DNA of 64,000 nucleotides from Thelocarpon superellum (Eukaryota): NCBI GenBank assembly GCA_026025795.1, contig JAPEUG010000018.1, positions 1 to 64,000 of the forward strand, read 5' to 3'. Shown piece by piece: positions 63,973 to 64,000 of this stretch (position 1 is its first letter; each line of letters starts with the position of its first letter). The notes under the pieces were generated by a model. It saw only the letters and a program-made list of their open reading frames with translations, ran no database searches and was not told where the DNA came from. The position numbers and the translations under genes were made by a program.

Positions 63973-64000
63973 GATGTGCAGATGCGTTTCACCATTCGTT

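Overview
Eukaryotic, GC-rich genomic DNA from a filamentous ascomycete (Pezizomycotina inferred from gene content and short GT-AG introns with CTRAC-type branch sites). Gene models were spliced by hand. In order: a partial hypothetical gene at the left edge, an atypical velvet-like protein, a small Ser/Pro-rich protein, a head-to-head acetate kinase/phosphoketolase pair, TRS20, MRPL31, a ~1217-aa HeLo + kinase-like + trypsin-like protease fusion, nudE, ACC1, an ~11 kb stretch without a recognisable gene leading to a TALE homeobox gene, then a dense housekeeping block (NUP82, CBC2, SNO1/PDX2, npgA PPTase, SLC1, CDC27, SND2, CBR1, HD hydrolase). I found no tRNA, rRNA, CRISPR array or transposon. 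The most notable item is the HeLo-pseudokinase-protease fusion, an MLKL-like layout with an apparently intact protease triad whose catalytic Ser lies behind the gene's only intron. Others are the velvet-like protein lacking the canonical ARxCG motif, same-strand clusters of PacC-type GCCARG motifs and a spliced uORF upstream of the homeobox gene, and an in-frame Arg-rich extension upstream of ACC1. All family assignments come from motif recognition, not database searches.
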